Below, piece by piece: positions 1 to 8,062 of a DNA stretch of 32,000 nt. Location: positions 6,420,001 to 6,452,000 of the forward strand of contig NZ_LN831039.1 in assembly GCF_001457595.1 (NCBI RefSeq). The letters are read 5' to 3'. The notes beneath the pieces are model-generated. The model did not search any database, was not told the DNA's origin, and saw nothing but the letters and a program-made list of their open reading frames with translations. A program made the position numbers and the translations under genes. Every line of letters starts with the position of its first letter. The stretch's first letter is position 1. This DNA is from Mycolicibacterium smegmatis. GTDB lineage: Bacteria; Actinomycetota; Actinomycetes; Mycobacteriales; Mycobacteriaceae.

Positions 1-596
1 AGGAGATCGCATCGGAGACAGGGCGAACGGCGTTCCCGTACTCGGTGCACGTGGGCCACTGGGACGAACTCGACGGGCTCGTCGACGCCGCGTACGAACG
101 GTTCGGCAAGGTCGACGTGCTGGTGAACAACGCGGGCATGTCGCCGCTGTACGAGTCGTTGAGCGCGGTCACCGAGAAGCTCTACGACGCGGTGTTCAAC
201 CTCAACCTGAAAGGACCGTTCCGGCTCTCGGCGCTGATCGGTGAGCGCATGGTCGCCGACGGTGGCGGCCGGATCATCAACGTCAGTTCGTCGGGGTCGT
301 TGCGGCCCGACCAGTACATGCTGCCGTATGCCGCGGCCAAAGCCGGGCTCAACGTGCTCACCGAGGGGCTCGCCAAGGCGTACGGCCCCACGGTGCGGGT
401 CAACACGTTGATGGCCGGGCCGTTCCTCACCGACGTGAGCAGGGCGTGGAACATGTCCGGCGACCCGTTCTCGCACCTGGCGCTGCGGCGCGCCGGTGAT
501 CCGCGCGAGATCGTCGGTGCGGCGCTGTTCCTGATGTCGGACGCCTCGAGTTTCACCACAGGCTCGATCGTGCGTGCCGACGGCGGCCTGCCCTAG
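1..596 (+). CDS. Short-chain dehydrogenase/reductase (SDR), 5' end lies outside the window
   Basis: Frame is open from nt 3 (EIASETGRTAFPYSV precedes the listed GTG at 45). Motifs VDVLVNNAG, NVSSSG and catalytic YAAAK (YxxxK). C-terminal GSIVRADGG is typical of classical SDRs. Confidence 0.85.
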   Translation, partial: EIASETGRTAFPYSVHVGHWDELDGLVDAAYERFGKVDVLVNNAGMSPLYESLSAVTEKLYDAVFNLNLKGPFRLSALIGERMVADGGGRIINVSSSGSLRPDQYMLPYAAAKAGLNVLTEGLAKAYGPTVRVNTLMAGPFLTDVSRAWNMSGDPFSHLALRRAGDPREIVGAALFLMSDASSFTTGSIVRADGGLP

Positions 597-2473
597 GGCG
601 TGACGATGCTGAAGTTCGGGTCGGGCCGGTCGAGCACGCGCAGGAACGACTGCAGCACGTCAGGGGCACCGGTGACCTGAAGTCCGGGCATCGCGGTGTC
701 GCCGATGAAGAAGGTCAGCAGCCGCATCCTGTCGGCGACGGTCACGCTGGCGTGCGCACTCGACGGATCCGGCTCGGTTCTGCGGTGCACCAGTACCCCG
801 TTGCGCAGCGTCAGCCGGTAGGTATCGCCGGTGTCGGCGAACGTGACGTCGATGGCGAGGTCGAGATCCCATGCGCGCGGCCCGTTCACGTTGATGGCGA
901 CCGCGTCGAAGATCTGCTCGGGTGTCAGCTGGGCGAGCAGTGTGGGCGAGGACGGCGCGGTCGGGGTGCCGAACTTGCCGTCACGCAACTCGGTGGCGCC
1001 GCCGAGGAAGAAGTTGCGCCAGACCGCGTTCTCGGCGCCGTAGGCGAGCTGTTCGAGCACCTCGGCGTACAGCGCGCGTGCGCCGCGATGGTGCTCATCG
1101 GTGAACACCGCATGGTCCAACAGCGTTGCCGCCCAGCGGTAGTCACCACTGTCGAAGGCGCGCCGCGCCAGCTCTACGACACGGTCGATGCCGCCCATCG
1201 CGTCGACGTAGCGCGGGCCGAGCGCCTCGGGCGGATGCTGCCACAACCGGCCGGGGTTGCCGTCGAACCAGCCCATGTAGCGCTGGTAGACCGCTTTGAC
1301 GTTGTGGCTGACCGATCCGTAGTAGCCGTGCGTGTGCCACGCGGCCTGTAACGCGGGCGGGAGCTCGAACTGCTCGGCGATCTCGATCCCGGTGTGCCCC
1401 TGGTTGATCAGACGCAACGTCTGGTCGTGCAGGTAGGCGTACAGATCTCGTTGCAGCGAAAGGTATTCGACGATGTTGTCGCGTCCCCACGTGGGCCAGT
1501 GGTGGGATGCGAACACCACGTCGGTGCGGTCGGCGAAACTGTCGATGGCCTCGGTGAGATATCCCGCCCAGCCGTGCGGGTCGCGCACCAGCGCGCCACG
1601 CAGGGTCAGGAGATTGTGCAGATTGTGGGTCGCGTTCTCCGCCATGCACAACGCCCGGAATTTCGGGAAATAGAAGTGCATCTCCGCAGGCGCCTCGGTG
1701 CCGGGCGCCATCTGGAACTCGATGTCGACACCGTCGATCGAGTGGATCTCCCCGGTTTCGCGGATGTCGAGGGTCGGCACGATCAGCGCCACCTCCCCCG
1801 TCGACGGCACCTGCCCCAGACCGCAACCCACCTGCCCCAGGGGCCCGCGGGCCAGCGCGGCGCCGTACATGTAGGCCGCGCGCCGCGCCATCGCCGTTCC
1901 CGCATACACGTTCTCCTGCACCGCGTGCGTGGTGAAGTGCTCGGGGGCGATCACCACGACCCTGCCCGCGTCCACGTCGGCCTGGGTTGTCACACCGAGC
2001 ACACCGCCGAAATGGTCGACGTGGCTGTGGGTGTAGATCACCGCGGTGACGCGGCGGTCACCGCGGTGCGCGCGGTACAACGCCAGCGCGGCGGCCGCGG
2101 TCTCGGTCGAGATCAGTGGGTCGATGACGATGACGCCGCTGTCGCCCTCGACGAACGTGATGTTGGACAGGTCGAGTCCGCGCACCTGGTAGATGCCATC
2201 GACGACCTCGTAGAGCCCCTGTTTGGCGCAAAGCCGGCTCTGCCGCCACAGGCTGGGGTGCACACTGGCCGGGGCCTGCTCGCTGTCGAGGAACCGGTAT
2301 GAATCGTTGTCCCACACCAACCGCCCGTCGTCGGCGGTGATCACGCACGGTTCGAGCGCGGCGATGAAGCCACGGTCGGCGTCGTCGAAATCTCGGCGGT
2401 CGCCGAACGGGAGGGTGGTGAGGTGTTCGCGGTGCGCGGCTTCGACGACGGCACTCGGTGGGTTCGACTCCAT
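593..2473 (-). CDS. Alkyl/aryl-sulfatase, metallo-beta-lactamase fold (SdsA1/Bds1 type)
   Basis: 626 aa. HSHVDHFGG (HxHxDH zinc motif). The long C-terminal extension fits the dimerisation plus SCP2-like domains of this family. 4-nt convergent overlap with the SDR stop. Confidence 0.88.
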   Translation of the reverse strand: MESNPPSAVVEAAHREHLTTLPFGDRRDFDDADRGFIAALEPCVITADDGRLVWDNDSYRFLDSEQAPASVHPSLWRQSRLCAKQGLYEVVDGIYQVRGLDLSNITFVEGDSGVIVIDPLISTETAAAALALYRAHRGDRRVTAVIYTHSHVDHFGGVLGVTTQADVDAGRVVVIAPEHFTTHAVQENVYAGTAMARRAAYMYGAALARGPLGQVGCGLGQVPSTGEVALIVPTLDIRETGEIHSIDGVDIEFQMAPGTEAPAEMHFYFPKFRALCMAENATHNLHNLLTLRGALVRDPHGWAGYLTEAIDSFADRTDVVFASHHWPTWGRDNIVEYLSLQRDLYAYLHDQTLRLINQGHTGIEIAEQFELPPALQAAWHTHGYYGSVSHNVKAVYQRYMGWFDGNPGRLWQHPPEALGPRYVDAMGGIDRVVELARRAFDSGDYRWAATLLDHAVFTDEHHRGARALYAEVLEQLAYGAENAVWRNFFLGGATELRDGKFGTPTAPSSPTLLAQLTPEQIFDAVAINVNGPRAWDLDLAIDVTFADTGDTYRLTLRNGVLVHRRTEPDPSSAHASVTVADRMRLLTFFIGDTAMPGLQVTGAPDVLQSFLRVLDRPDPNFSIVTP

Positions 2474-2486
2474 TGCGGCAGGATAT

Positions 2487-3365
2487 TCACCCCCGCGTCA
2501 AAGTGGTCATTTCTGACGCGATTCGGCTGATTTCGTCGTCGCCGTGCCCGGCCGCCACGGTCGCGTCGACATAGCCCCGGAAGGCTTCGAGCAGTCCGGC
2601 GTCGACCCCCGCCTCACGCGAGGCCGCGATCAGGTGCCGTACCGACGACGCGACCGATGACACCGATGCGCTGGCGTCCGAGTGCCGGTCGTCCTCGACG
2701 CGCTGGGCGACCTCGGTGAAGATCGGTGAGAGGATGCCGACGATGCCGTGCGCGTGCGGCATCAGCTCCGACGGTTCTATCCCGTTGGCGCGGGCCACCA
2801 TCAGCGCGTGGCCGAAGCCGCCGACCGAGGTCCAGAACAGGTCCAGCAGCGCCATGTCGAACGCCGCGGCGCGGCCGTGGTCTTCCCCCACCCACGTGAG
2901 TTGACCCAGCGTGTCGAGCACACCGCGGTGCTCGTCGAACAGTGCCTGCGGACCCGCGAACAGGATGCTGGCGCCGCGAGTTCCGATGGTGTCGATGGGG
3001 GTCATGATCGCGCCGTCGAGGTAACGGCCCCCGACATTGCCGACCAGCTTGGCGGTGCGCCGGGCCCGGTCGGGGGTGTCGGAACTGAGCCCGATGACGG
3101 TCCGGCCGGCCGGCGCGTCGCCTGCCGCGGTGAGGATCGCGTCCACCGCATCGTGGTCGACGACGTTGACCAGTGCGAGGTCGCTCGCGGCGATCGCGGC
3201 CGCGGGCGTCGGCGCCGACAGCGCGCCCCGGTCCCGCAGGGCCTGCGCCTTGCTCTCGGTGCGGTTCCACACCGTCACGGTGTGTCCCGCGTCGAGCAGC
3301 GCGCGCGAAAGCGCCTGCCCCATCGGGCCGAGGCCCAAAACCGTCACGGTCGGTGTGGTTGTCAT
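2487..3365 (-). CDS. NAD(P)-dependent oxidoreductase, imine-reductase / beta-hydroxyacid-dehydrogenase-like
   Basis: 292 aa. N-terminal Rossmann motif VTVLGLGPMGQALSRALLDAGHTVTVWNRT closely resembles the IRED/6PGDH-NAD-binding signature. Confidence 0.85.
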   Translation of the reverse strand: MTTTPTVTVLGLGPMGQALSRALLDAGHTVTVWNRTESKAQALRDRGALSAPTPAAAIAASDLALVNVVDHDAVDAILTAAGDAPAGRTVIGLSSDTPDRARRTAKLVGNVGGRYLDGAIMTPIDTIGTRGASILFAGPQALFDEHRGVLDTLGQLTWVGEDHGRAAAFDMALLDLFWTSVGGFGHALMVARANGIEPSELMPHAHGIVGILSPIFTEVAQRVEDDRHSDASASVSSVASSVRHLIAASREAGVDAGLLEAFRGYVDATVAAGHGDDEISRIASEMTTLTRG

Positions 3366-4234
3366 GCTGCGCTCCTGATGCTCTCGATGATCCTGGGGAA
3401 ACCGTCGCTGCCGTGACCGGCGTCGATCTGGCGATGGATGAACCGCTGGACGACGTCTACGAGTTCGGTGCTGATGCCCTGGGCGCGCGACGCTTCGACG
3501 ATGTCGCTGATGTCGGAGAATTCCAGGCTCTGCTGGCCGGGCACCGAGTAGTCGCCGCCGTCGATGATCTCGGCGTACCCGGTGACCGCCGGTGCCATGG
3601 CAGTGAGCCAGTCGGCGGCGCGGAAGGCGAAGTCCTTGGCCGACACGCCCTGCGCGGCGACCATCGCGGCGCCGTGGAAGAACCCGGCGAACATGGCGTA
3701 CATGCCCGCGAGCAGTGCCAGGTCGTACAGCGACGCGATGCCGGCGTCGTCACCGAGATACTCTGGTGTGCCCCAGGTTTCGAGCAGCGGATGAACATCC
3801 TCGAACAATCCCGGTGAACCGCTGTAGAGGATGCGCGATCCGGGGGTGCCGATCATGTCGGGCGTCGCGAGGATCCCGCCGTCGAGGTGTTCGGCGCCGT
3901 GTCCGGTGGCCCAGCGTCCCAGTTCACGCACGCCCTCGGGTGACGTCGTGGTCAGGTTGACCACGCGTCGCCCGGCAAGCCGGTGGGCCACGGGGTCCAG
4001 GACGTCGTGCACCGAGGCCTGGTCGAACAGGCAGACCACGATCGGGCCGTCTGCATCGTCCAGGGCGTCGGCCACGTCGGCGACGGCGCGCGCACCCGCC
4101 TCGACGAGCGGCGCGGTCTTCGACGGAGTGCGGTTCCACACCGTCACGCGGTGACCCGCGGCCAGCGCGGAATGCGCGAGCGCCGAACCCATTTCGCCGA
4201 CGCCGAGGAACGTTACGTGCTGTGTCGATGGCAT
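3362..4234 (-). CDS. NAD(P)-dependent oxidoreductase, paralog of the downstream gene (imine-reductase-like)
   Basis: I trimmed the listed ORF (3362..4492) to the ATG at 4234 (MPSTQHVTFLGVGEMGSALAHSALAAGHRVTVWNRT). The upstream 86 codons are not protein-like. Its stop overlaps the start of the next gene by 4 nt (3362-3365), suggesting coupling. Confidence 0.8.
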   Translation of the reverse strand: MPSTQHVTFLGVGEMGSALAHSALAAGHRVTVWNRTPSKTAPLVEAGARAVADVADALDDADGPIVVCLFDQASVHDVLDPVAHRLAGRRVVNLTTTSPEGVRELGRWATGHGAEHLDGGILATPDMIGTPGSRILYSGSPGLFEDVHPLLETWGTPEYLGDDAGIASLYDLALLAGMYAMFAGFFHGAAMVAAQGVSAKDFAFRAADWLTAMAPAVTGYAEIIDGGDYSVPGQQSLEFSDISDIVEASRAQGISTELVDVVQRFIHRQIDAGHGSDGFPRIIESIRSAA

Positions 4235-4267
4235 GTGACCATCGTTGGACGACACGCACCGTGCGAC

Positions 4268-4294
4268 AAGTACCCACTTAAAAGTGCGATACTT
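4268..4294. promoter_or_regulatory. A+T-rich imperfect dyad in the divergent promoter region, candidate HxlR operator
   Basis: aagtacccacttaaaagtgcgatactt. The outer arms AAGTA/TACTT and inner arms CACTT/AAGTG are each self-complementary. It lies between the start codons at 4234 (-) and 4323 (+). Confidence 0.3.
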
Positions 4295-4322
4295 ACCAAA
4301 ACGAAACCATTGGGGGTGACCA

Positions 4323-4661
4323 GTGACTTCATTGGGCAGGTACACCTGCGGACTCGACGCCGCGATGGCTGTCGTGGACGGCAAATGGAAACCGTTGATC
4401 CTGTGGGAGTTACAGGACGGGCCCAAGCGGTTCAACGCACTGCACCGCAGCCTCGACGGGATCTCGCAGAAGATGCTCACGCAGCACCTCAAAGAACTGC
4501 AGCGCCATGGCGTGGTGCACCGCGAGAGCTACCACGAGGTGCCGCCGCGTGTGGAGTACTCGATGACGCCGGCGGGTGTCGAACTGCTCGACGCGCTCAA
4601 CCCACTGGGCCTCTGGGCAGAAAAACACATCGACCTGATCTGCGCGGCCGACACGGCCTAG
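4323..4661 (+). CDS. HxlR-family winged-helix transcriptional regulator
   Basis: 112 aa. CGLDAAMAVVDGKWKPLILWEL..GPKRFNAL...GISQKMLTQHLKELQRHGVV.R..Y.EVPPRVEYSMT is the HxlR signature. GTG start. Divergent from the oxidoreductase pair. Confidence 0.9.
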   Translation: MTSLGRYTCGLDAAMAVVDGKWKPLILWELQDGPKRFNALHRSLDGISQKMLTQHLKELQRHGVVHRESYHEVPPRVEYSMTPAGVELLDALNPLGLWAEKHIDLICAADTA

Positions 4662-5155
4662 CGCTCGATCGCGTGCAGCACGACGTCGGTCAGTGCCCCG
4701 TTGTCGGCCGTCGCGGTCATATAGGTGCAGTAGGGCTGACGTCGACGATCGGTCGGCGATCCCGGATTCAGCAGGCGCAGACCGGTTTTCGCGGTGGTGT
4801 CCCAGGGGATGTGGCTGTGGCCGAACACCAGCACGTCGGTGTCCGGATATAGCTTGGCCATCCTGGCCTCGCGGCCGGTCGCCGCGCCGGTCTCGTGCAC
4901 GACAGTGAAGCGCAGGCCGCCCAGCATGACGTCGGCACGCTCGGGCAGGCGCCTGCGCAATTCGGGGCCGTCGTTGTTGCCCCAGCAGCCGACGAGTTGC
5001 TGCGCGCGTGCGCTCAGCAACTCGAGCAGAGCGGGTTCGACCCAGTCTCCCGCGTGGATGACCACGTCGGCGCGATCCACCTGGTCCCACACCGGTTTCG
5101 GCAGGTCCCGCGCTCGCTTGGGTACATGGGTATCGGCGATGAGCAGCAACCGCAC
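4658..5155 (-). CDS. Metallophosphoesterase, YfcE/MJ0936 family
   Basis: 165 aa. Phosphoesterase motifs IADTH, HAGD, GNNDG, VHETG and GHSH occur in the canonical order. Confidence 0.9.
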   Translation of the reverse strand: MRLLLIADTHVPKRARDLPKPVWDQVDRADVVIHAGDWVEPALLELLSARAQQLVGCWGNNDGPELRRRLPERADVMLGGLRFTVVHETGAATGREARMAKLYPDTDVLVFGHSHIPWDTTAKTGLRLLNPGSPTDRRRQPYCTYMTATADNGALTDVVLHAIER

Positions 5156-5304
5156 GAAACCAACAGTAGTGGAGACCGACAGGACCGCCCGGCGGCCCGC
5201 CGGACGGCACCTGGATAAACGCCGTACACAGGCCTACTCTGGACACAAGTTGGCGCGTCCCGCTCCCCCCTAGCTGAGCGTGGCGCGCTGACGTTTGCAG
5301 AGCA

Positions 5305-5310
5305 TAGACT
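5305..5310 (+). promoter_or_regulatory. Candidate -10 hexamer (TAGACT, TANNNT type) 6 nt upstream of the ATG, suggesting a possible leaderless transcript
   Basis: The sequence tagact ccgcgc ATG has no Shine-Dalgarno. The spacing fits mycobacterial leaderless mRNAs. Confidence 0.25.
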
Positions 5311-5316
5311 CCGCGC

Positions 5317-5667
5317 ATGGAACTACTACGGCACGTAGTTGTCTATCTGCATCTGATCGGATTCGCCGTGATGGTCGGCGCCTGGGTGGCCGAGGCCGCG
5401 GCGCGGCGCTTCGAGATCACCCGCGTGATGGATTACGGAATCCTGCTGTCACTGCTGACCGGACTGGCCCTGGCCGCACCCTGGCCCGCGGGCATCGAAC
5501 TCAACTACCCGAAGATCGGCATCAAGCTCGTCATCCTCGTGGCCCTCGGCGCGGTTCTCGGTATCGGCCGTGCCCGCCAGCGCCGGACCGGGCAACCTGT
5601 GATGCCGTTGTTCGTCGCGGCCGGTGTGCTCCCGTTGCTCGCAGCGGGTATCGCGGTGCTCTGGTGA
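5317..5667 (+). CDS. Small integral membrane protein (about 4 hydrophobic segments)
   Basis: 116 aa, strongly hydrophobic (VVYLHLIGFAVMVGAWV, ILLSLLTGLALAA, LVILVALGAVLGI, LFVAAGVLPLLAAGIAVLW). High third-position G+C. Confidence 0.7.
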   Translation: MELLRHVVVYLHLIGFAVMVGAWVAEAAARRFEITRVMDYGILLSLLTGLALAAPWPAGIELNYPKIGIKLVILVALGAVLGIGRARQRRTGQPVMPLFVAAGVLPLLAAGIAVLW

Positions 5668-5759
5668 AAGCTCTGATGAAACCGTCCTGACCACGAATCT
5701 TTTGACCGTCGCGTAAAGTCGACCGGCAAAGAGAATTCGTCGGGGGCAGGTACGGGTCA

Positions 5760-6188
5760 ATGGGTCACAAGCACGCCATGGCGACAGCCAAGGTCATGCG
5801 CACGGCGGCATTCACCGGGTGCGATTCACCGCATGGCGACGTCCGCGTAGTCCGCGCGCGGGCCCAGTCGGCGAACCTGCCTCGTCAGGCCCACCACGCA
5901 CCGTCCGACGATGCACGCAGGCGCCGCTACACCGGCCTGCGGCGCACCACCGCGCTACCGGGACGCTCGCCGTGGATGAACGATCGCGTGACGGTGCTGC
6001 TGCGGTACCTCACCGACGATCACGGCCTGCACGTCCCCGTCGAACTGGCGCGCGTCCAGGTGACCGGACACGTCGACCTGCTCGTGAGTGTGCTGCGCCT
6101 GGACCGCCAGACCGCGCGCAGGCATGTCACCGACGAGGTGCTGCGCGAACTCGCGTGTGACATCGCGGCCACCCTCATCGCCGACTGA
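5760..6188 (+). CDS. Hypothetical protein (alternative start ATG 5976 would give 70 aa)
   Basis: Third-position G+C is high across the whole ORF. I recognised no motif. The Arg-rich N-terminal half could be non-coding. Confidence 0.45.
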   Translation: MGHKHAMATAKVMRTAAFTGCDSPHGDVRVVRARAQSANLPRQAHHAPSDDARRRRYTGLRRTTALPGRSPWMNDRVTVLLRYLTDDHGLHVPVELARVQVTGHVDLLVSVLRLDRQTARRHVTDEVLRELACDIAATLIAD

Positions 6189-6192
6189 ACCC

Positions 6193-6861
6193 TCAGAACT
6201 CGATCAGCCCCAACGTGTAGAGCACGGCCACCGAGGTCGGATCGACGAGATCCTGCCCGAGCACCGGACTCTCGGCGGTGTCGATCGCCCGCTGAGCCAG
6301 GGCCGCGCGGGTGGCGTACCAGCAGACCGGGCACAGCCGGCCCAGCACGGCCGCCTCGGTGCCGTCGGGGTACACGAGGGTGTCGCCGTCGGCCGCGACG
6401 GTCACCGAATCGACGATCAGCGCATCCAGTTTGGCGCACACGAGTTGACGCATCGCCGCTGCGGCTCGCGACAGGTCGCGCACGTCGGGCGTACCGAGCC
6501 GTCCGCGCTCGTCGCGGGCGACGTGCAGCAGGTAGTCCTGCCCGTCGCTCAGCTCGATGCTCTGGCCCAGCGGCAGGGCGATGTTGATCATCGCCAGCAT
6601 CGACGCCTCGCGGCGCGCCGCGTGGAACCGGGCGATGTCACGCGCGAGCCGTTCGTCGTCGAGACGCCGGGCCTCGTTGTCGAGGAGATGCCGATCCTCG
6701 TCCACGTGAACGTGTACGTCGCCGTCGTCCGTGGACGGAGCGAGGTACGGCTGCAACGACTCACTGTTCGCGTACTCGACGAGCACCTCGTCGAACGGAA
6801 TGGCCTGCCGCGCGGGGAGGAACAGCCCCGCCGCGAAGGCATCCGGTATCTCACTCTGCAC
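6193..6861 (-). CDS. Hypothetical acidic protein, 222 aa, contains a CPVCW motif
   Basis: Long ORF with a GTG start and protein-like composition. Convergent with the previous ORF, with only 4 nt between the stop codons. No recognisable family. Confidence 0.65.
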   Translation of the reverse strand: MQSEIPDAFAAGLFLPARQAIPFDEVLVEYANSESLQPYLAPSTDDGDVHVHVDEDRHLLDNEARRLDDERLARDIARFHAARREASMLAMINIALPLGQSIELSDGQDYLLHVARDERGRLGTPDVRDLSRAAAAMRQLVCAKLDALIVDSVTVAADGDTLVYPDGTEAAVLGRLCPVCWYATRAALAQRAIDTAESPVLGQDLVDPTSVAVLYTLGLIEF

Positions 6862-7122
6862 TACCCCACCCCCAAAGCAGCTACTTTCACTTCATACCCA
6901 TTGAAGTGGATTGAAGTTTGCTGCGTGACAGCATACCGGGAGATTTCGTACGGTCGAGCAAACCAAATACTTGATTCCACAAGGGATTATTGACGCGTTT
7001 CGCAAATCCGTTGACTTGACATCCGTCAACTCGACCCGAGATGCACTTGCTTGCCAGTTGGCGCTAACATCCCTGCTCGTCAATCCTCAGCAAATAAATG
7101 AGGCAGCACAGGGGGTATCAAC

Positions 7123-7701
7123 ATGACCGAAACGGCACCGACGCAGCGCTGGTGGCGCAGGAAGAGCGCCCGCATCTCCTTCGTGGTGATCGGCACCGCG
7201 CTGATCATCCTGGCGAAGGTCGGCCTCGCCGAGAAACGCGAGGAACAACGCGCCGTTGCCGACGCCCGGCACGAGATCAGCAGCTTCTCGGTGGGTGACT
7301 GCGTCACCATCAGCCCCGGCGCCGGCAAGACCGGTCCGAACATCCAGCGCAGTTCCTGCACCACCGATCCCAGCTACACCGTGGGCGCGGTCATCGAAAC
7401 CGATCAGGTGTGCGGCAACGACAACTACATCGGTTACACGTGGACCGTCGGCCACGCCGAGACCGACAAGAACACCGTCGGCCGGCTCTGCCTCGTGGAG
7501 AACCTCACCGTCGGCCACTGCTACCACCCGCAGCCGGGAAGCGACCTCCTCGAGCAGACCGACTGCGCCACCGACGACGCCACGGCCTACCGGGTGGTGC
7601 AGCGGTTCGACGCCGCCGACCCGTCACAGTGCCCGCCGGACACCAGCGCCTACGACTACCCGGCCCCGGCCCGCACCTACTGCCTGGGCGTCACCCACTG
7701 A
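7123..7701 (+). CDS. Membrane-anchored Cys-rich protein with repeated G[DH]C...C modules (LppU/SCO3897-like architecture)
   Basis: SD-like aggggg lies 8 nt upstream of the ATG. N-terminal RWWRRK plus a TM helix (ISFVVIGTALIILAKV). Two similar modules (VGDCVTIS...SSCTTDPSYTVGAVI and VGHCYHP...TDCATDDATAYRVVQRF). Confidence 0.75.
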   Translation: MTETAPTQRWWRRKSARISFVVIGTALIILAKVGLAEKREEQRAVADARHEISSFSVGDCVTISPGAGKTGPNIQRSSCTTDPSYTVGAVIETDQVCGNDNYIGYTWTVGHAETDKNTVGRLCLVENLTVGHCYHPQPGSDLLEQTDCATDDATAYRVVQRFDAADPSQCPPDTSAYDYPAPARTYCLGVTH

Positions 7702-7734
7702 TCCAAGGCGCACCGGACGCGGTGCAAAGACGAA

Positions 7735-7766
7735 TCGGGGCGCGGTCTGTGATGACCGCGCCCCGA
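7735..7766. terminator. Perfect 12-bp stem / 8-nt loop hairpin between the Cys-rich gene and tRNA-Arg
   Basis: tcggggcgcggt ctgtgatg accgcgccccga. On the minus strand it is followed by ttcgtcttt. It lies downstream of both convergent transcription units. Confidence 0.5.
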
Positions 7767-7774
7767 CTCTCGTG

Positions 7775-7847
7775 TGCGCCCGAAGGGATTCGAACCCCTA
7801 ACCTTCTGATCCGTAGTCAGATGCTCTATCCGTTGAGCTACGGGCGC
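7775..7847 (-). tRNA. tRNA-Arg (anticodon ACG)
   Basis: Hand-folded 73-nt cloverleaf. Acceptor GCGCCCG/CGGGCGC, D arm GCTC-AACGGATA-GAGC, anticodon arm TCTGA-CTACGGA-TCAGA, T arm AGGGG-TTCGAAT-CCCTT, discriminator A. CCA is not encoded. Confidence 0.95.
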
Positions 7848-7884
7848 TTGGCTATTCAGTTATACACGGTTGACGAATCAACCC

Positions 7885-7976
7885 TGGCGGAGGCGAGAGG
7901 ATTTGAACCTCCGGTCCCCGGTAAGGGGGACAACTCATTAGCAGTGAGTCCCATTCGGCCGCTCTGGCACGCCTCC
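7885..7976 (-). tRNA. tRNA-Ser (anticodon GCU), class II with a long variable arm, CCA encoded
   Basis: Acceptor GGAGGCG/CGCCTCC, anticodon arm ACTCA-CTGCTAA-TGAGT, T loop GGTTCAAATCC, discriminator G followed by a genomic CCA (7885-7887). Confidence 0.95.
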
Positions 7977-8062
7977 TGAACTTCTGTGAGGGTACCGGAC
8001 TCCGTTTTGGTGCCCGTGACCGCCGAGGGAGAAGAGTACACACTCTCCCCTATCCTGACCAA

